DNA from: an uncultured Bacteroidales bacterium
GTDB taxonomy: Bacteria > Bacteroidota > Bacteroidia > Bacteroidales > UBA3824
DNA: 64,000 nucleotides
NCBI GenBank assembly: GCA_937877455.1
Contig: CALFIU010000100.1
Span: forward strand, 18,320-82,319
Direction of reading: 5' to 3'
The position numbers were made by a program, and so were the translations under genes. The notes beneath the pieces are model-generated. The model was not told the origin of the DNA, ran no database searches, and saw nothing but the letters and a program-made list of their open reading frames with translations. Below are positions 50,301 to 58,762 of this stretch, in pieces (within the stretch, counting starts at the first letter, position 1; each line of letters opens with the position of its first letter).

Positions 50301-51164
50301 GCGCAAACTCTTAATCCTCATATTGCGCCAATAGTGACTATAGATAATGGTAGTGGCTACTACTATATTATCAATTGGGCGCAGGTTATTTTGCGTATCG
50401 TGTCGTATAAAGACAGCACGAAAACGACCTACATCAAAGCAACGACCGTCGCTTCTGCATCTTCATCGAATAGTACATCGGGATATGGAACTAAGAATGT
50501 GACGATGAGCAATAAATCTGTTGATTTGCCCGCAGGCTACCATGAAGTGCAAGTTTACTACTATGGGGTAGTGTATGCTGGTCAGGATTACACAACATCT
50601 GTAAGTTTACAATGGAATGTCACAAACGCCGTGTATGTATCGGATATTTACCTTTCCCGTTTGTTTGCCAACGGACTTGCATACGGCTCATCGCAAAACA
50701 ACTTCTTTGCGTTGATGAATATTGCGAGCAAGATAGTCATGCAAGCAGTTACGACGGACAGCAGTTTGAACAAACATGGGTTCTCATTGGACGCAGATGG
50801 TTTCAAGGTACAGAGAAAGAATGTCATAGGAAAAGTTTTCCCGACGATTTTCTACGGCATGGTAAGTTGGACTGCAAAGGAAACTTTCAGCATTACAAAG
50901 TATTATTCGTTTGACGGCTACACGCCAACACTTTCGAGAATTAACGAAGGCCGCGATGGAAAGATGAGACTGACATTCCCTGCTTCTTGGAGTAGCCTTA
51001 ATCTTGGTTTTTCAACGGCGATTATCAACCTCGTTGGCTACAACGATTCTGTCAGGAATGTTCACGTTACGAGTTTCACGAGCACGCAAATCACCGTTGA
51101 GGGCAATGATGATACGAGTAATAACTACACAAGTTTTGCAATAGAAATCAAATACATTGGCTAA
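41376..51164 (+). CDS. giant tail-associated (Tal-like) hub / fibre protein, 3262 aa
   Basis: Position after Dit. The N-terminus is typical of siphovirus Tal in length and placement. Contains an internal ~233-aa tandem duplication with a 74-bp identical core. Confidence 0.7.
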   Translation: MERVELNIYYRDGNETKLRCTVNKWKFQDTMMGEQFITLNITSEVPIDFAVGDFCTFRGETFTLNYVPSVTQKARTNERQDSYTYENVKFESFQEELTRCLMLDITPTTGDYVAALGTNYTGSSKFQLFCGETSANGSTLTAVCALAAKMQANLDRMFPTNGWKIFVDTTSTYLNSAGNAVLVTHTEDKVLTFDNTTVAQALTEVHNTFDLDYCIRGRSIYIGYNLKNLTSDNDNETFAFGYGKGYPTRDSQNKALFQIKRIANSQQKVVTRLRALGSTKNMPYRYYNSKYNLSQSLFPTNLQLPDTFASPATKAANNALRDNTLRAVKGDTNDAYIDKNDDAEHCAEGIREDSARWDGTNSDLPEIYPTIEEATYGELRSALVQDQDGNTGQSSFPNYGSSERIDKMLAIGYKDGNTLVDDANKGDGILPESGISSRGIPRSADIGLTSLSYNTRNYGDFSSRGGVYAGPEKTLFTIQGVSAGKYAMAPTIGAVLYGFSISCYRDGVSADVGYIITIKQKNLQTGATTTIATYTSDYQSISRGDGILEMELPEIPDVKNGANAKVSEVRVTALSDITVTFTPVMRNINVPSGFTDNFSLSYKVGNSRLDHTVTYDPEYNWIPLDDTDSVSETFHVFIQDMGFDLQACWTGETPVVAMKSGRCVGREFEIGENIEKVTHNGKKGYMLTLKRATDNTLNTYYPSATDPIAAGDYFVLLNISMPDVYVKMAEVRLLRAATEYLADNCETQFTYQPSIDDIYLQRNYDNMVKAGTPQSSIFWRLYAGLKFTFRGIPASEDSPAPLADITIEQVTISMGEGLTPKVELKLNDDVQQSTIQKLTTSVDRIYNGSIFSSGSGSGASGGAMSAALLSILQSEGEKLFLSKKHDDVAEGKITFNDVVTHNETLKAKKGLKVGNFNSRLLGSGALIDEEGNAEFESIYSRNFISTPEFRFNRIAVTDGEQWCTNGYGTIKEVEIIDETTGYITLKLEENDYASIAEGDICRGIYNDIAHEYETASLDDDTSLYAGENESNIEGFGFSSKEGFFTSYFWVRQMITNQKGECKFLYELRNTNTPHPCEFMKFAQYGSFTNSERRSSSYATSIGHYYEMVLDGVSTWKIKSANVVYRKGYLGNMTVTLRNGHEAELQGYGLYVQDNVYFGNAVVQLDPETIADLQDALNSYTVDFSGYVDVITVDDVGNVIGGLYAISGESPNEYRSYRIHSAITVRKSGELLTIAADNADAGNGTYKIYAQAHGCSFVIENSTIYITGIDNIKDGVAGSADDANFDFAAMRAMDSCSVDIIIDCEGKGSIIKNFPITIKHDAQPFVGADISNEFSSVSWNTKTQQYIGLPIVFDMKMWHNNEPLDIASVNDISVAPSITGMTVNKSIVTNANGTKVARISITSLPSDLSLVTDLNVTCVATYSGVQYERTLVHTINKTTDTNVYQLLPSVSEVGVVYNDNKQKVVNTNKVYCTVRCDSTDDKHYTVATSDYPTHGLFITSQTFTLNASNVEVGGTETAYSSLNGVTVSNDLTRIRFKLYKLRDTTLATLEALLAASNVIEVLDTEDVPVILDGLDGDNSIFVSLDNQNDAVMCIEDGTVIASTLPTAKARLMDGEDTVGRSVLGTTLAANKQTLGNWSLVCHGCTAEFVGWVADSDSNDWVQIRVTGVTDDVASVDVNCEYTKHGVAGNYVSILSVKKIYGLDKYELTFNPPIVSYNPNTDTYTPESFMVYVWKTTQDEDRHLMTSLPGNTANAVSETDGSIRLQYSVNKGVSWTTLYGYASGKSIGKTLFDIDGVESVDFRIQKYVAGESGGEWVLLDEEGVEIVGDGENTVQLTIDNGNDTVMCIEDGTVIASTLPIAQVYLYDGNDLMNSDLAASAWQALECVGCTAEWVSGYQSDGGKRFRVTAVTADVAKVTAKVSYKGNLYSVVHNIKKLYGLDKYEIITDPVSIAYNPNTGTHTPSSFNVYVYLTTQEEDRHLMATLPSHQSATDGDVRLQYSTDNGSNWNTLTGYSSGKTISSSSYNSVVSGAVLLRIQKYVAGESGGEWVLLDEEGVEITRNGQDGKGVEYIFITKNDWDGTDANKPTINDVASERQVDNYCPYTDAQHTDQWTDEPTGIGINQKYEFYAQRKKVNGVWQAFGDVKLWDRYALDGVTPYLIDLSNEQSFINCDEDGSVLSGATYETSNLMIFKGNSYAFTDFNIQITPTNIKCNGNSSAFALTENQKTTAQSDGYFTLTPSNISANSATITVRAILKTNSNIVLVAVYKVNKNIAGQNSVIYSLIPSLNVIHKDNTGTFLDTSLAIQVKKTVGTTTSILSTYKAIADEGLTIDYQNYVGTTDVVTSGATSTSAVSVLASNFVGGTNGNYGLLRLKNSGGTIVDTERINVVLDGDDGVTYEIRTTVDSVTIPEDATTAVLATIGTFYRKIGGNDPALYSCYGTVFRRYGTNYVRIGASTAKGTQYQIYSQTVSSDSSNANYADAIVFFMTEEALGGSAYANAAPTSYLAKKEILVKKYGDTGPEGDDAINYYLTSSINSIIRDQYGNYAGTARPVITAWKKVGDNAAVRLNDITTPSVAEGFTINAYEMDGSTVAYTNTSTTGLLTCAEPYSYVDRFEVELVKGGKTYATMSIPIITERQGEAGSDGVFPRDCGMFDAGIATNQTYGYAGYIYRKVGDVVIRDMVRYEIGGVMYGFMVKTKSQSDLITAAPTSVSGDSNWECTGIVRTIIANTIFGTNANIGGFMASNQRLVSSNVAYRVVYKGSYSSSTEYGEVVSSNIYQRQMVLDNGEYWVVRGGVTSFVNQSPSESSAYWRKATTKENAVEKTLNSYVDILSFSIDGILNEIEMIANDDSTWIVDKNGVQTLGFIDGKRVVFDPVSKEINIYNDLGVLATTLTGDTYDDLGAIFGNSTGNLSLNSYKSGSAQVSNGGSRAIDNQEYATLTMSTFSTASACRLTFNGTLSATGSRTQKSISGNSDAQTLNPHIAPIVTIDNGSGYYYIINWAQVILRIVSYKDSTKTTYIKATTVASASSSNSTSGYGTKNVTMSNKSVDLPAGYHEVQVYYYGVVYAGQDYTTSVSLQWNVTNAVYVSDIYLSRLFANGLAYGSSQNNFFALMNIASKIVMQAVTTDSSLNKHGFSLDADGFKVQRKNVIGKVFPTIFYGMVSWTAKETFSITKYYSFDGYTPTLSRINEGRDGKMRLTFPASWSSLNLGFSTAIINLVGYNDSVRNVHVTSFTSTQITVEGNDDTSNNYTSFAIEIKYIG
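46774..46847 (+). repeat. 74-bp exact direct repeat, copy 1; copy 2 is at 47473-47546
   Basis: TCCGCATTCAGAAGTACGTTGCAGGAGAGAGCGGTGGCGAGTGGGTATTGCTCGACGAGGAGGGAGTGGAGATT occurs twice, 699 nt (233 codons) apart and in frame. Confidence 0.9.
47473..47546 (+). repeat. 74-bp exact direct repeat, copy 2
   Basis: Identical to 46774-46847. Confidence 0.9.
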
Positions 51165-51166
51165 TT

Positions 51167-51553
51167 ATGAAAAAGATTAAATCACTAACAGAGAAACGGT
51201 TGATAATACCTGCGAAACTCAATGGGAAAGACGCAAACTTTCTCATTGACACAGGTGCTACCGTAGGACTCATATCAGACAGTATCAGGAAAAAGTACGG
51301 TCTGATAGTCGGTCGAAAGTTCCCCGGGTCTCTCGTCGGTGCGGGTGGAAGTTTCAGTGCCTACTACTGCAACACCCCTGCCACACTTGAGGACAAAACT
51401 CTTACACAGTTTCTTCTTGCAGACATCAGTCCTGTAACGGAAAGTATCAAGAAAGAAACAGGAATAGAAATTCATGGCATTATCTCGCTTCCGCAGATGG
51501 AGTTTGTCGGAATGCAGATTGACGCAAACGATCACCTCATAATCTTGGAGTAA
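51167..51553 (+). CDS. retropepsin-like (clan AA) aspartic protease, single domain
   Basis: NGKDANFLIDTGATVGLIS contains the D-T-G-A active-site motif. GAGGSF is flap-like. A late IHGIISLPQM corresponds to the GILG.dfl motif. At 128 aa it is the size of a monomer that must dimerise. Confidence 0.75.
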   Translation: MKKIKSLTEKRLIIPAKLNGKDANFLIDTGATVGLISDSIRKKYGLIVGRKFPGSLVGAGGSFSAYYCNTPATLEDKTLTQFLLADISPVTESIKKETGIEIHGIISLPQMEFVGMQIDANDHLIILE

Positions 51554-51554
51554 T

Positions 51555-52067
51555 ATGGCATTAACACAGGCAGAAGTTTTAGAATTGTTCCAACAGGTCG
51601 CCGCAATCAACAACAGCGACCAGTTGTTGATGATCAAGGCAAACCAGAACGGAAGTGTCAGTGCCGCAAAGATTACGGCAGAACTTCTACGCGCCTACCT
51701 CAACGCTGGCTTTGCCATTACGATAGACTCTGAAGGCTATCTTTGCATTGGTGGCGTAAGGACAGAAACGATGGCAGGTAGCAGTCAGATGGTGGCTCAA
51801 ACCGATACAACAGTCAGTATTCAGCCCAATGTTCTGAATGTCTGGGGTAATGTATCTTCTCTTGCTATCAGTCTTGTCGCAGGTGCGCAGGGTGGCGTGA
51901 ACGAGTATATGCTGGAGTTTACCGTTGCGTCCGACAACTTCACTCTTTCGCTCCCATCGAGTGTAAGATGGAGTGAAGAGCCGGAATGGGTGAACGGCAA
52001 TACCTATCAAGTAAGTATCGAGAACAACCTTGCACTTTACGCGGGATGGGAGGCCGCAAGCACATGA
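51555..52067 (+). CDS. hypothetical tail-associated protein
   Basis: ORF track, 170 aa, between the protease and the second fibre gene. Confidence 0.5.
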   Translation: MALTQAEVLELFQQVAAINNSDQLLMIKANQNGSVSAAKITAELLRAYLNAGFAITIDSEGYLCIGGVRTETMAGSSQMVAQTDTTVSIQPNVLNVWGNVSSLAISLVAGAQGGVNEYMLEFTVASDNFTLSLPSSVRWSEEPEWVNGNTYQVSIENNLALYAGWEAAST

Positions 52068-52201
52068 GTACATTCCGACGGCGAATAATGATGGCAATGA
52101 AAGAAGCCATTGAAAACATTAGAGCATGGTTTCGCAGTGATGGTTGGTATCGTAGCGAGCCTTGGTAGTAACACAAGAACACAAATACAAAATAAAGATT
52201 T

Positions 52202-55200
52202 ATGGCAAAGAAAGTAACGATTGACCAAGAGATTACAAGTCTCGACCAGCCTTGGGGCGGCACATACCAGAACGGGCAAGAGTGGGGCTTGAAGAAAGAA
52301 CGGGTCGAAGAGTTTCTGAAGGCGAAACTATCAGCCCATGAAACAAGTATCGCTGGCAAAGTTGCTGGCGTTATTGTGAACAACACAGAAGTTACGAAAG
52401 ACGCAAACGGCAAGGTGAATATCATTGTTCCTTCGGTTACAGCAGACGTTACCAATCCGAGTAACGCCAATGCCGCACAAGCAGGTGCAGTTGCAACGGA
52501 GATCAATGCTATCAACTCCAACCTCATTGCCGACATTCAGTTGGGCGAGACAAGTCAAGACGGCTCAATGATAGAACTAAACTTCTTCAATGCCGCAGGT
52601 GACAAACTTGACGATTTGACAGTTCTGATACCAGCAGCGCAAGAAGTCGGTGAAATCATCCAGCCTGTAATCACAACTGAACTTCTTTCAGCATCCCGTA
52701 TCAAACTTGGTGACAGCATCAGTCTCAGATGGGGCTATGACTGCCTACGAAAGTTTGAGGGTGTGAGTGAGCGCGTAAACTATCCGGCACAGACCGTAGC
52801 CGTGACAGTTAAGATAGGTACTACCACAGTCTATACTGAGACCTATGCACAAGTAGCCGTTGGAACAACAAACACTCTCACGCTTAGTCCTGAAATCATC
52901 AACCAGGCAGGTACGGTCAGCATCAGTGTCGTTGCTACTACGCCTATTGACGAAGAAATAAAGACAAGTCGCGGCTCAAAGAGTGTAACCGTCATAACGA
53001 TGGATCTTGCTACTACCTTTGACCCTGCGAGTCAGTTGGCGTTGAGCAACGGATATACCGACGGACAGACAATAGCCATCCCATATACCTATACCGTTCC
53101 AACGGGAACTACATTGAGAGTGTGGGTAGATGGTGTGTTGGACGCAACAGACAGCATCAGCGGCACAGGGCGAAACTACGTCTATCTGACAGCGAGCAAC
53201 CTAAGTGCCGGACGGCATAACGTACAGTTGATAGCCGAGAGTGCAGGTTTGTTGAGCAATGCCGTGAGCGTAGATGTACTGAAGGCAGGTGGCACAGCGG
53301 ACTATCTTGGTATTCGCATGAAGACCGATGTCAGTCAGTTGTCGAGTATGCCACTTCCATACGCCTACGGAGTTACAGCATTACCGTTGTCCGTTGCTCA
53401 GTTTGAGGAATTGACCATTGACATTGCAGCGTGGAACAACGACACATTGGCGAGTACGATTTTCATAAGCGTTGATGGTGTTGTGACCCAGACATTGACG
53501 GCAGACAGAACGTTGCAAACCATAAGCCAGCGTTTTGACACAGCGGGAAATCACACGATGGTTATAGCCTTGAACAACGACAATATTACAGCATACAGGA
53601 CATTCGGCGTTACCGTCAATGCCGCATCGGGTGTAACTGAGAGCGAAGCCGTAGGTTATCGCACAAAGTTGACTGCTACAGGGCGCAATAACGGCGAAGC
53701 CAACCCTGCTGATTGGGGTGGTATCACCACGTTCACGGGTGTTGACTGGCGAACCAACGGCTGGAACAGGGGTAGTGACGGCGTAGATACGCTGTTGCTT
53801 ACCAATGGCGCAAGGGCAAACATTGATGTCAAGCCATTCGTGCTTGATGCCAGTGACGGCGACTACTCCATCCAGAACGGAGGTATGACTCTTGAAATGG
53901 AAGTGATGGTCAGTCAGGTCATGGAGCGCGGTGCAACAGTTCTGAGCTGTCTTTGTGACAACGACGGCAACGGCTATCCGATGGGTGTCAAGATTACGAC
54001 CGAGGAGGCAGGTCTCTATTTTGGCGGTGTTGAGGAAATCACCACTGCTGAAGACCTTGTTGATGAGAACGGCAATTACATTGACTACAATGGAAACATT
54101 GTTGATGAAGCGAACAAAGTAAAGTTGAAGATTACCCGTCCTCATGGCGTTTCGATGAACATTGCCATTGACCGATGGGTTCACCTTTCATTTGTTGTTC
54201 AACCCGTGACGAATGGATATGGTCTGGCAATGCTCTTCATCAATGGTGTGTTGAGCCGTGCTAACCGCTATACAGGTTCGTTGAGACAGAACACACCTGT
54301 AGGAATCACCATTGATTCGGACAAAGCAGACGTAAGAATACGGTCGTTGCGTTACTACCGCACACCATTGAGTGCTGACGAAGTTATTGGCAACTGGATT
54401 ATCGACCGTCCAACGGCAGCTTTGATTCAGAGTGCGCACACCAACAATGCCGTCGGCGACATCAACAACACTACGGACAGTGATGGCAACATTGCCATAG
54501 ACCATGACACGTTGCTTAGTCGCGGTCGTGGTATTCTTACCATTATCCGAAGCGACGATAGCGGTTATGGACTTTCCGACCTCTTCACCTGTACGGACAA
54601 AAAGCAAAACTTCAAAGCGGACCTGGTGAAATGGGAGCCTCCACTTGATGCAAGCGGCAACCCCATCGGTGAGGGTTTTGAAGCAAGAAACGTCCGTGTC
54701 AGAATCCAAGGTACATCTTCTGTGAAGTACCCATACAAGAACTTCCGTATCTACCTCACTACACAGCAAGGTTCTGTTGCAAAAGTTCTTATCATCGGTG
54801 GCGTAGATGTAACTGAAACCGCAAAGGGCTATGCAATGCGCGGCAGCGGTAACAGCATTGAGCAAGCCGTTATCTGTGCGAAAACAGACTTTGTGGATTC
54901 TTCTTTGGTAATGAACACTGGTGGCGCACACCTGTTTAACGACATCATGCACGCTCTGCATCTTGATACGCCACCACAGGCTTACGATGCAAGAGTGAGA
55001 CAGGCTATTGACGGTCTTCCCTGCGACATCTATGCCGGAACCAATGAAAACGGCACTTTGCGATATTGCGGTCAGTTTGTCCTTAACAACGAGAAGTCGA
55101 AGTCTGGTAAGATCTTCGGCATGGAGGGCGTAAAAGACGGCAACGGAAATGAGGTTGATTTCCGCAGATACGAGAACCAAGGAACGGACGAAGAGCCAAA

Positions 55201-58200
55201 CATGGTTCTTGTAGGACCCGATACCAAGCCGTTTGCATTGGAGGCTTTGACAAACTCGTCGCCCATGACACTCTTCCAAAGTGCTGGTTCTGCCAACAGT
55301 CAGGCATTAGCAAACCAACTTGCGGCTGAATTTGACAATGGATTTGAGTTCAACCATCCAGAAGACGCTAAATGGGCGACAATCGGCACGGGTTCTTACT
55401 CTGATTGGGGCGGTGCGCAGACAGCCATCAAACGACTCTTTGGCTGGATCTATGACTGTGTGCCGTCTGCCATGCGCACTAACCCAGATTACGGCACAAC
55501 GGCTGGTTGGAGCGACGAGAGCAAAGCAAAATGGGTGTCGAGCAAGTTCAAGAGCGAGGCAAGCGACTATTTCAACGTCAACCACCTGTTGACCTATTAT
55601 CTTTTCACGGATTATTGGGCAAGCGTTGACCAGAGAGCCAAGAACATTTTGTGGCGTACATGGGATGGACTGATATGGTGGGCTACTTTCTACGACGGCG
55701 ACACAGCCATGTCAATCCGTAACGATGCCTTCATGGCTTATCTCTACAACGTCACCCGCGACACTTACGACACGGAACGCTCTAAGTACGCCTTCGAGGG
55801 TCACAATAGTTGGCTCTGGTGTCTCGTTCTCGCAAACTTCGAGGATGAGCTGAAGACTTGCGCCGCAAACTTGCGCAATCAGTTGACCACACAAGTCATG
55901 CTCAATGAGTTCAACACTGTCATGCAGGGCAACTGGAGTGAAAGGCAGTACAACAAAAGTGGTAAACTGAAGTACATCGACACCATTAACACGATGAACT
56001 ATGTCTATACTTTGACTGGTAATCGTGAGTTGCACCGCACACAGTTCTTGACCGACCGTGCAAGACTTTTAGATGCAAGGTATGGTGCAGGAAACTATAA
56101 CGGCGACGTAATCACGTTCACCGTCGTGCGCAATGCAAGCGATACGCCGTCGCACCTGACATTGAAGAGTGGCGACCTCTACTATTTCGGTTACAAACTT
56201 AACGGAATATGGTTGCAGGGACCATCGAGGGCTGCTGCTGGAGAAAGTTTGACGCTGAACTTCACCGATACGCTTGCGACCAACGACCCGCTTATGTTGG
56301 GTGGTGCAAGTTGTATCATCGAGCTTGACTTTACAGAGTTGGGCAGTCAGTTGAACGGTACGGTCAACCTCTCGCTATGCACAATGCTGTCAAAGTTAGT
56401 CATGCCTGCAACGAAAGGCGTAGCCAATGCCCCCCTAACGCTTGGCGACATAGCAAAGTTAGAGTATGTTGACATTACAGGACAAACAGCGGTTCATACT
56501 GGCACAACAGGCGTTTTCGACCTGTCAAAGCACACACGACTCACGATTTTGCTTGCAGGTGGAACAAGTTTGACGCAAATTAAACTTCCAGAAGGTTCAC
56601 CTCTTGATACTTTGGTCATGCCGTCTTCACTTCAAACTCTGACGTTGCGCTATCTGCCAAAGCTCAGACATAGCGGACTTACCTTGCAGGGAACAGCGAA
56701 CATCACTGCATTAAACTTTGCAGAATGTCCGTACCTGTCATGGCAGACGCTTATGACGATGTGTCCGAACATTGACCATGTGCGCATCGAGGGTATGTCC
56801 GGGCGTGTCCGCTCTTCAATGATACGGCCTTTCATGTCAGGCTATCGTGGTTTGACCGCACAAGGAACAGAGCAGACATATCCAGCACTTATCGGAAAAG
56901 TCCAACTCATAGACGTTGTGGACGATTTCGAGACGATGAGAAGTTTCTTTGCTCAGTGTGGACTCGAACTGGAGGCAGCACCATACTCTCAGTACATCTT
57001 CGACGATTCTGAAACTGATCCGTGTAACATCACGAATGAGGACAATCAGACTGGTTACGACTACTACGACGCTGAAAACGGCGAGACAACGGCACACTAC
57101 AATAACAATAGTTCATTGCTCAACCAGCATCCGTTGAACTATGTCGGTAGCGGTCATGTGAAACTTATCCGTGACAAGAGCCAGTTGTGTAGCGGTCGTG
57201 TCAACAACTCCACACACAAGATGAGAGTAACAAAGTTGTCGAAAAACAGCCTTACAGAGACAGCCGACGGAAACTCTTTCAATCCCACCGATCCAAACGG
57301 TGAAGGATATGACGTGTTCATGTATCTGCCACACTATTGGTACAAAGGTGTCAATGACTATAAGAACGCAAGAAAACATTTCTTCTGTTCTGCCAACACA
57401 CAATGTCCTGCAAGTACGGCAGCGAACACCATCCGTTACCAACTGTCAAACATCTTGTATGTCGCAGGAAAGGCTATCACCAACGAACTCTATTCTTCTG
57501 GTGTTTCTGTTGACGACCTTCTCACGACTGCCACAGAACTTTCAACGTACAGAGTTTCGGTAGAAGGAATGAAGCAGGTGAGATTCCCAGGAATCAATCA
57601 CAGTTACTTCTCACACGTCTTTGAAGACGAGAACGGCAACATCTTGTCAATCAACAATCTCTTGATGGCAGATGCAAGCGGCAACCCAGCAGACTTTATG
57701 AACGACGAGGGCGACTATGACTTCAGAACCGTTCCAGAGGGTGCAAAGTATTTCTATTTCTGTTGCAGAAACGCATCAGCCGCAAAGTCTGGTGTCGAAG
57801 TCATTGTCACTGACTCTTCAGAAGTTGAAGCCATTGAGCCGGATTGGGTGGAGCATAAGCCAGAGCTTATCGGTGTCTATCAGGGATATGCCGCTGGCAT
57901 CACCACTGGTGGAACACCCACAAGCGGACTTCGCTCTATCAGTGGAGAGACCGTATCGAGAGGTAGCGGAACATCTACACAGGTCGCTGCATGGACTTAC
58001 GACTCGGACGGCAATCCTACGGCACTCAATACCAGTACCAGAATCAACGGTACTGCACAGGACTTCTTCAACCTTGCAAGTGTGCGCACTGCACAGACGG
58101 AGGTACAGAACGGAGAATACAGCACCGTACCCTACGAGACCTCAAAAGACATGGCGAACCTGCTTATGGCATGGTTTGGTACACGCGACATTGAGACCAT

Positions 58201-58762
58201 CGTCGGACGTGGTTCAAGTGCTGGTGAAACGACTGGTGTCAGAAACAGCATTGCTTTCGGCGACTCCGATTATCCTGCACAGAACCAGCATAACAAGATG
58301 TGGGGTCTGGAATGTTGGACGGCTTCAACCTACGAATGGATGGATAAGGGCTGTCTCAACACGCCTACGTTTGCCGCCTTCAAGAAAAACAAACGTAACG
58401 CACCGACTGGAAGTAGCATTGATTACTACTACAATATCGTGCAACAGGACGGTAACGAGCGTAGGGTGAAGGTTGCTACCGCTAATCAGGCATCCAATGT
58501 CGCCCGTGTCCGTTTCGGCAGATATTGTGACATTGTTGTAAGTTCATACGCTGGTGACAGCAACTATGCAACAGGATATGCCGCATATCAATCATCAAAT
58601 GGTTCTACTGGTCGCGTCCTTGGTCGCTCGAGCTACAATGCGCTTGCGAGCGCGGGGGTCGCTTTCTCGTACACGAATAGCGCCTCCTCGAACTCGTACA
58701 CGAACGTCGGCGGTCGGCTCTGCTTCTTCGGAGAGATTGAGAACGAAGAAGACCTACTCTGA
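52202..58762 (+). CDS. 2186-aa tail fibre / receptor-binding protein; DGR target 1
   Basis: Domains read by eye, in order:
- ConA/LamG-like (WVHLSFVV...VRIRSLRYYRTPLSADEV)
- CotH-like (IQGTSSVKYPYKNFRIYL, AKTDFVDSSLVMNTGGAHLFNDIM, NILWRTWDGLIWWATFYDGDTAMSIRN)
- LRR-like tract
- C-terminal lectin-fold-type VR (GRVLGRSSYNALASAGVAFSYTNSASSNSYTNVGGRLCFFG). Confidence 0.85.
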   Translation: MAKKVTIDQEITSLDQPWGGTYQNGQEWGLKKERVEEFLKAKLSAHETSIAGKVAGVIVNNTEVTKDANGKVNIIVPSVTADVTNPSNANAAQAGAVATEINAINSNLIADIQLGETSQDGSMIELNFFNAAGDKLDDLTVLIPAAQEVGEIIQPVITTELLSASRIKLGDSISLRWGYDCLRKFEGVSERVNYPAQTVAVTVKIGTTTVYTETYAQVAVGTTNTLTLSPEIINQAGTVSISVVATTPIDEEIKTSRGSKSVTVITMDLATTFDPASQLALSNGYTDGQTIAIPYTYTVPTGTTLRVWVDGVLDATDSISGTGRNYVYLTASNLSAGRHNVQLIAESAGLLSNAVSVDVLKAGGTADYLGIRMKTDVSQLSSMPLPYAYGVTALPLSVAQFEELTIDIAAWNNDTLASTIFISVDGVVTQTLTADRTLQTISQRFDTAGNHTMVIALNNDNITAYRTFGVTVNAASGVTESEAVGYRTKLTATGRNNGEANPADWGGITTFTGVDWRTNGWNRGSDGVDTLLLTNGARANIDVKPFVLDASDGDYSIQNGGMTLEMEVMVSQVMERGATVLSCLCDNDGNGYPMGVKITTEEAGLYFGGVEEITTAEDLVDENGNYIDYNGNIVDEANKVKLKITRPHGVSMNIAIDRWVHLSFVVQPVTNGYGLAMLFINGVLSRANRYTGSLRQNTPVGITIDSDKADVRIRSLRYYRTPLSADEVIGNWIIDRPTAALIQSAHTNNAVGDINNTTDSDGNIAIDHDTLLSRGRGILTIIRSDDSGYGLSDLFTCTDKKQNFKADLVKWEPPLDASGNPIGEGFEARNVRVRIQGTSSVKYPYKNFRIYLTTQQGSVAKVLIIGGVDVTETAKGYAMRGSGNSIEQAVICAKTDFVDSSLVMNTGGAHLFNDIMHALHLDTPPQAYDARVRQAIDGLPCDIYAGTNENGTLRYCGQFVLNNEKSKSGKIFGMEGVKDGNGNEVDFRRYENQGTDEEPNMVLVGPDTKPFALEALTNSSPMTLFQSAGSANSQALANQLAAEFDNGFEFNHPEDAKWATIGTGSYSDWGGAQTAIKRLFGWIYDCVPSAMRTNPDYGTTAGWSDESKAKWVSSKFKSEASDYFNVNHLLTYYLFTDYWASVDQRAKNILWRTWDGLIWWATFYDGDTAMSIRNDAFMAYLYNVTRDTYDTERSKYAFEGHNSWLWCLVLANFEDELKTCAANLRNQLTTQVMLNEFNTVMQGNWSERQYNKSGKLKYIDTINTMNYVYTLTGNRELHRTQFLTDRARLLDARYGAGNYNGDVITFTVVRNASDTPSHLTLKSGDLYYFGYKLNGIWLQGPSRAAAGESLTLNFTDTLATNDPLMLGGASCIIELDFTELGSQLNGTVNLSLCTMLSKLVMPATKGVANAPLTLGDIAKLEYVDITGQTAVHTGTTGVFDLSKHTRLTILLAGGTSLTQIKLPEGSPLDTLVMPSSLQTLTLRYLPKLRHSGLTLQGTANITALNFAECPYLSWQTLMTMCPNIDHVRIEGMSGRVRSSMIRPFMSGYRGLTAQGTEQTYPALIGKVQLIDVVDDFETMRSFFAQCGLELEAAPYSQYIFDDSETDPCNITNEDNQTGYDYYDAENGETTAHYNNNSSLLNQHPLNYVGSGHVKLIRDKSQLCSGRVNNSTHKMRVTKLSKNSLTETADGNSFNPTDPNGEGYDVFMYLPHYWYKGVNDYKNARKHFFCSANTQCPASTAANTIRYQLSNILYVAGKAITNELYSSGVSVDDLLTTATELSTYRVSVEGMKQVRFPGINHSYFSHVFEDENGNILSINNLLMADASGNPADFMNDEGDYDFRTVPEGAKYFYFCCRNASAAKSGVEVIVTDSSEVEAIEPDWVEHKPELIGVYQGYAAGITTGGTPTSGLRSISGETVSRGSGTSTQVAAWTYDSDGNPTALNTSTRINGTAQDFFNLASVRTAQTEVQNGEYSTVPYETSKDMANLLMAWFGTRDIETIVGRGSSAGETTGVRNSIAFGDSDYPAQNQHNKMWGLECWTASTYEWMDKGCLNTPTFAAFKKNKRNAPTGSSIDYYYNIVQQDGNERRVKVATANQASNVARVRFGRYCDIVVSSYAGDSNYATGYAAYQSSNGSTGRVLGRSSYNALASAGVAFSYTNSASSNSYTNVGGRLCFFGEIENEEDLL
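58609..58730 (+). repeat. DGR variable repeat 1 (VR1)
   Basis: 122 nt aligned without gaps to the TR. 14 mismatches, all at TR adenines. Confidence 0.9.

Noticed and set aside
54188-55279. 363-aa minus-strand ORF, together with 53381-54184 (267 aa) and 55712-56035
   Set aside because: They lie entirely antisense inside the 2186-aa fibre gene, whose own frame carries recognisable LamG/CotH-like motifs. They have no start context or intergenic signals.
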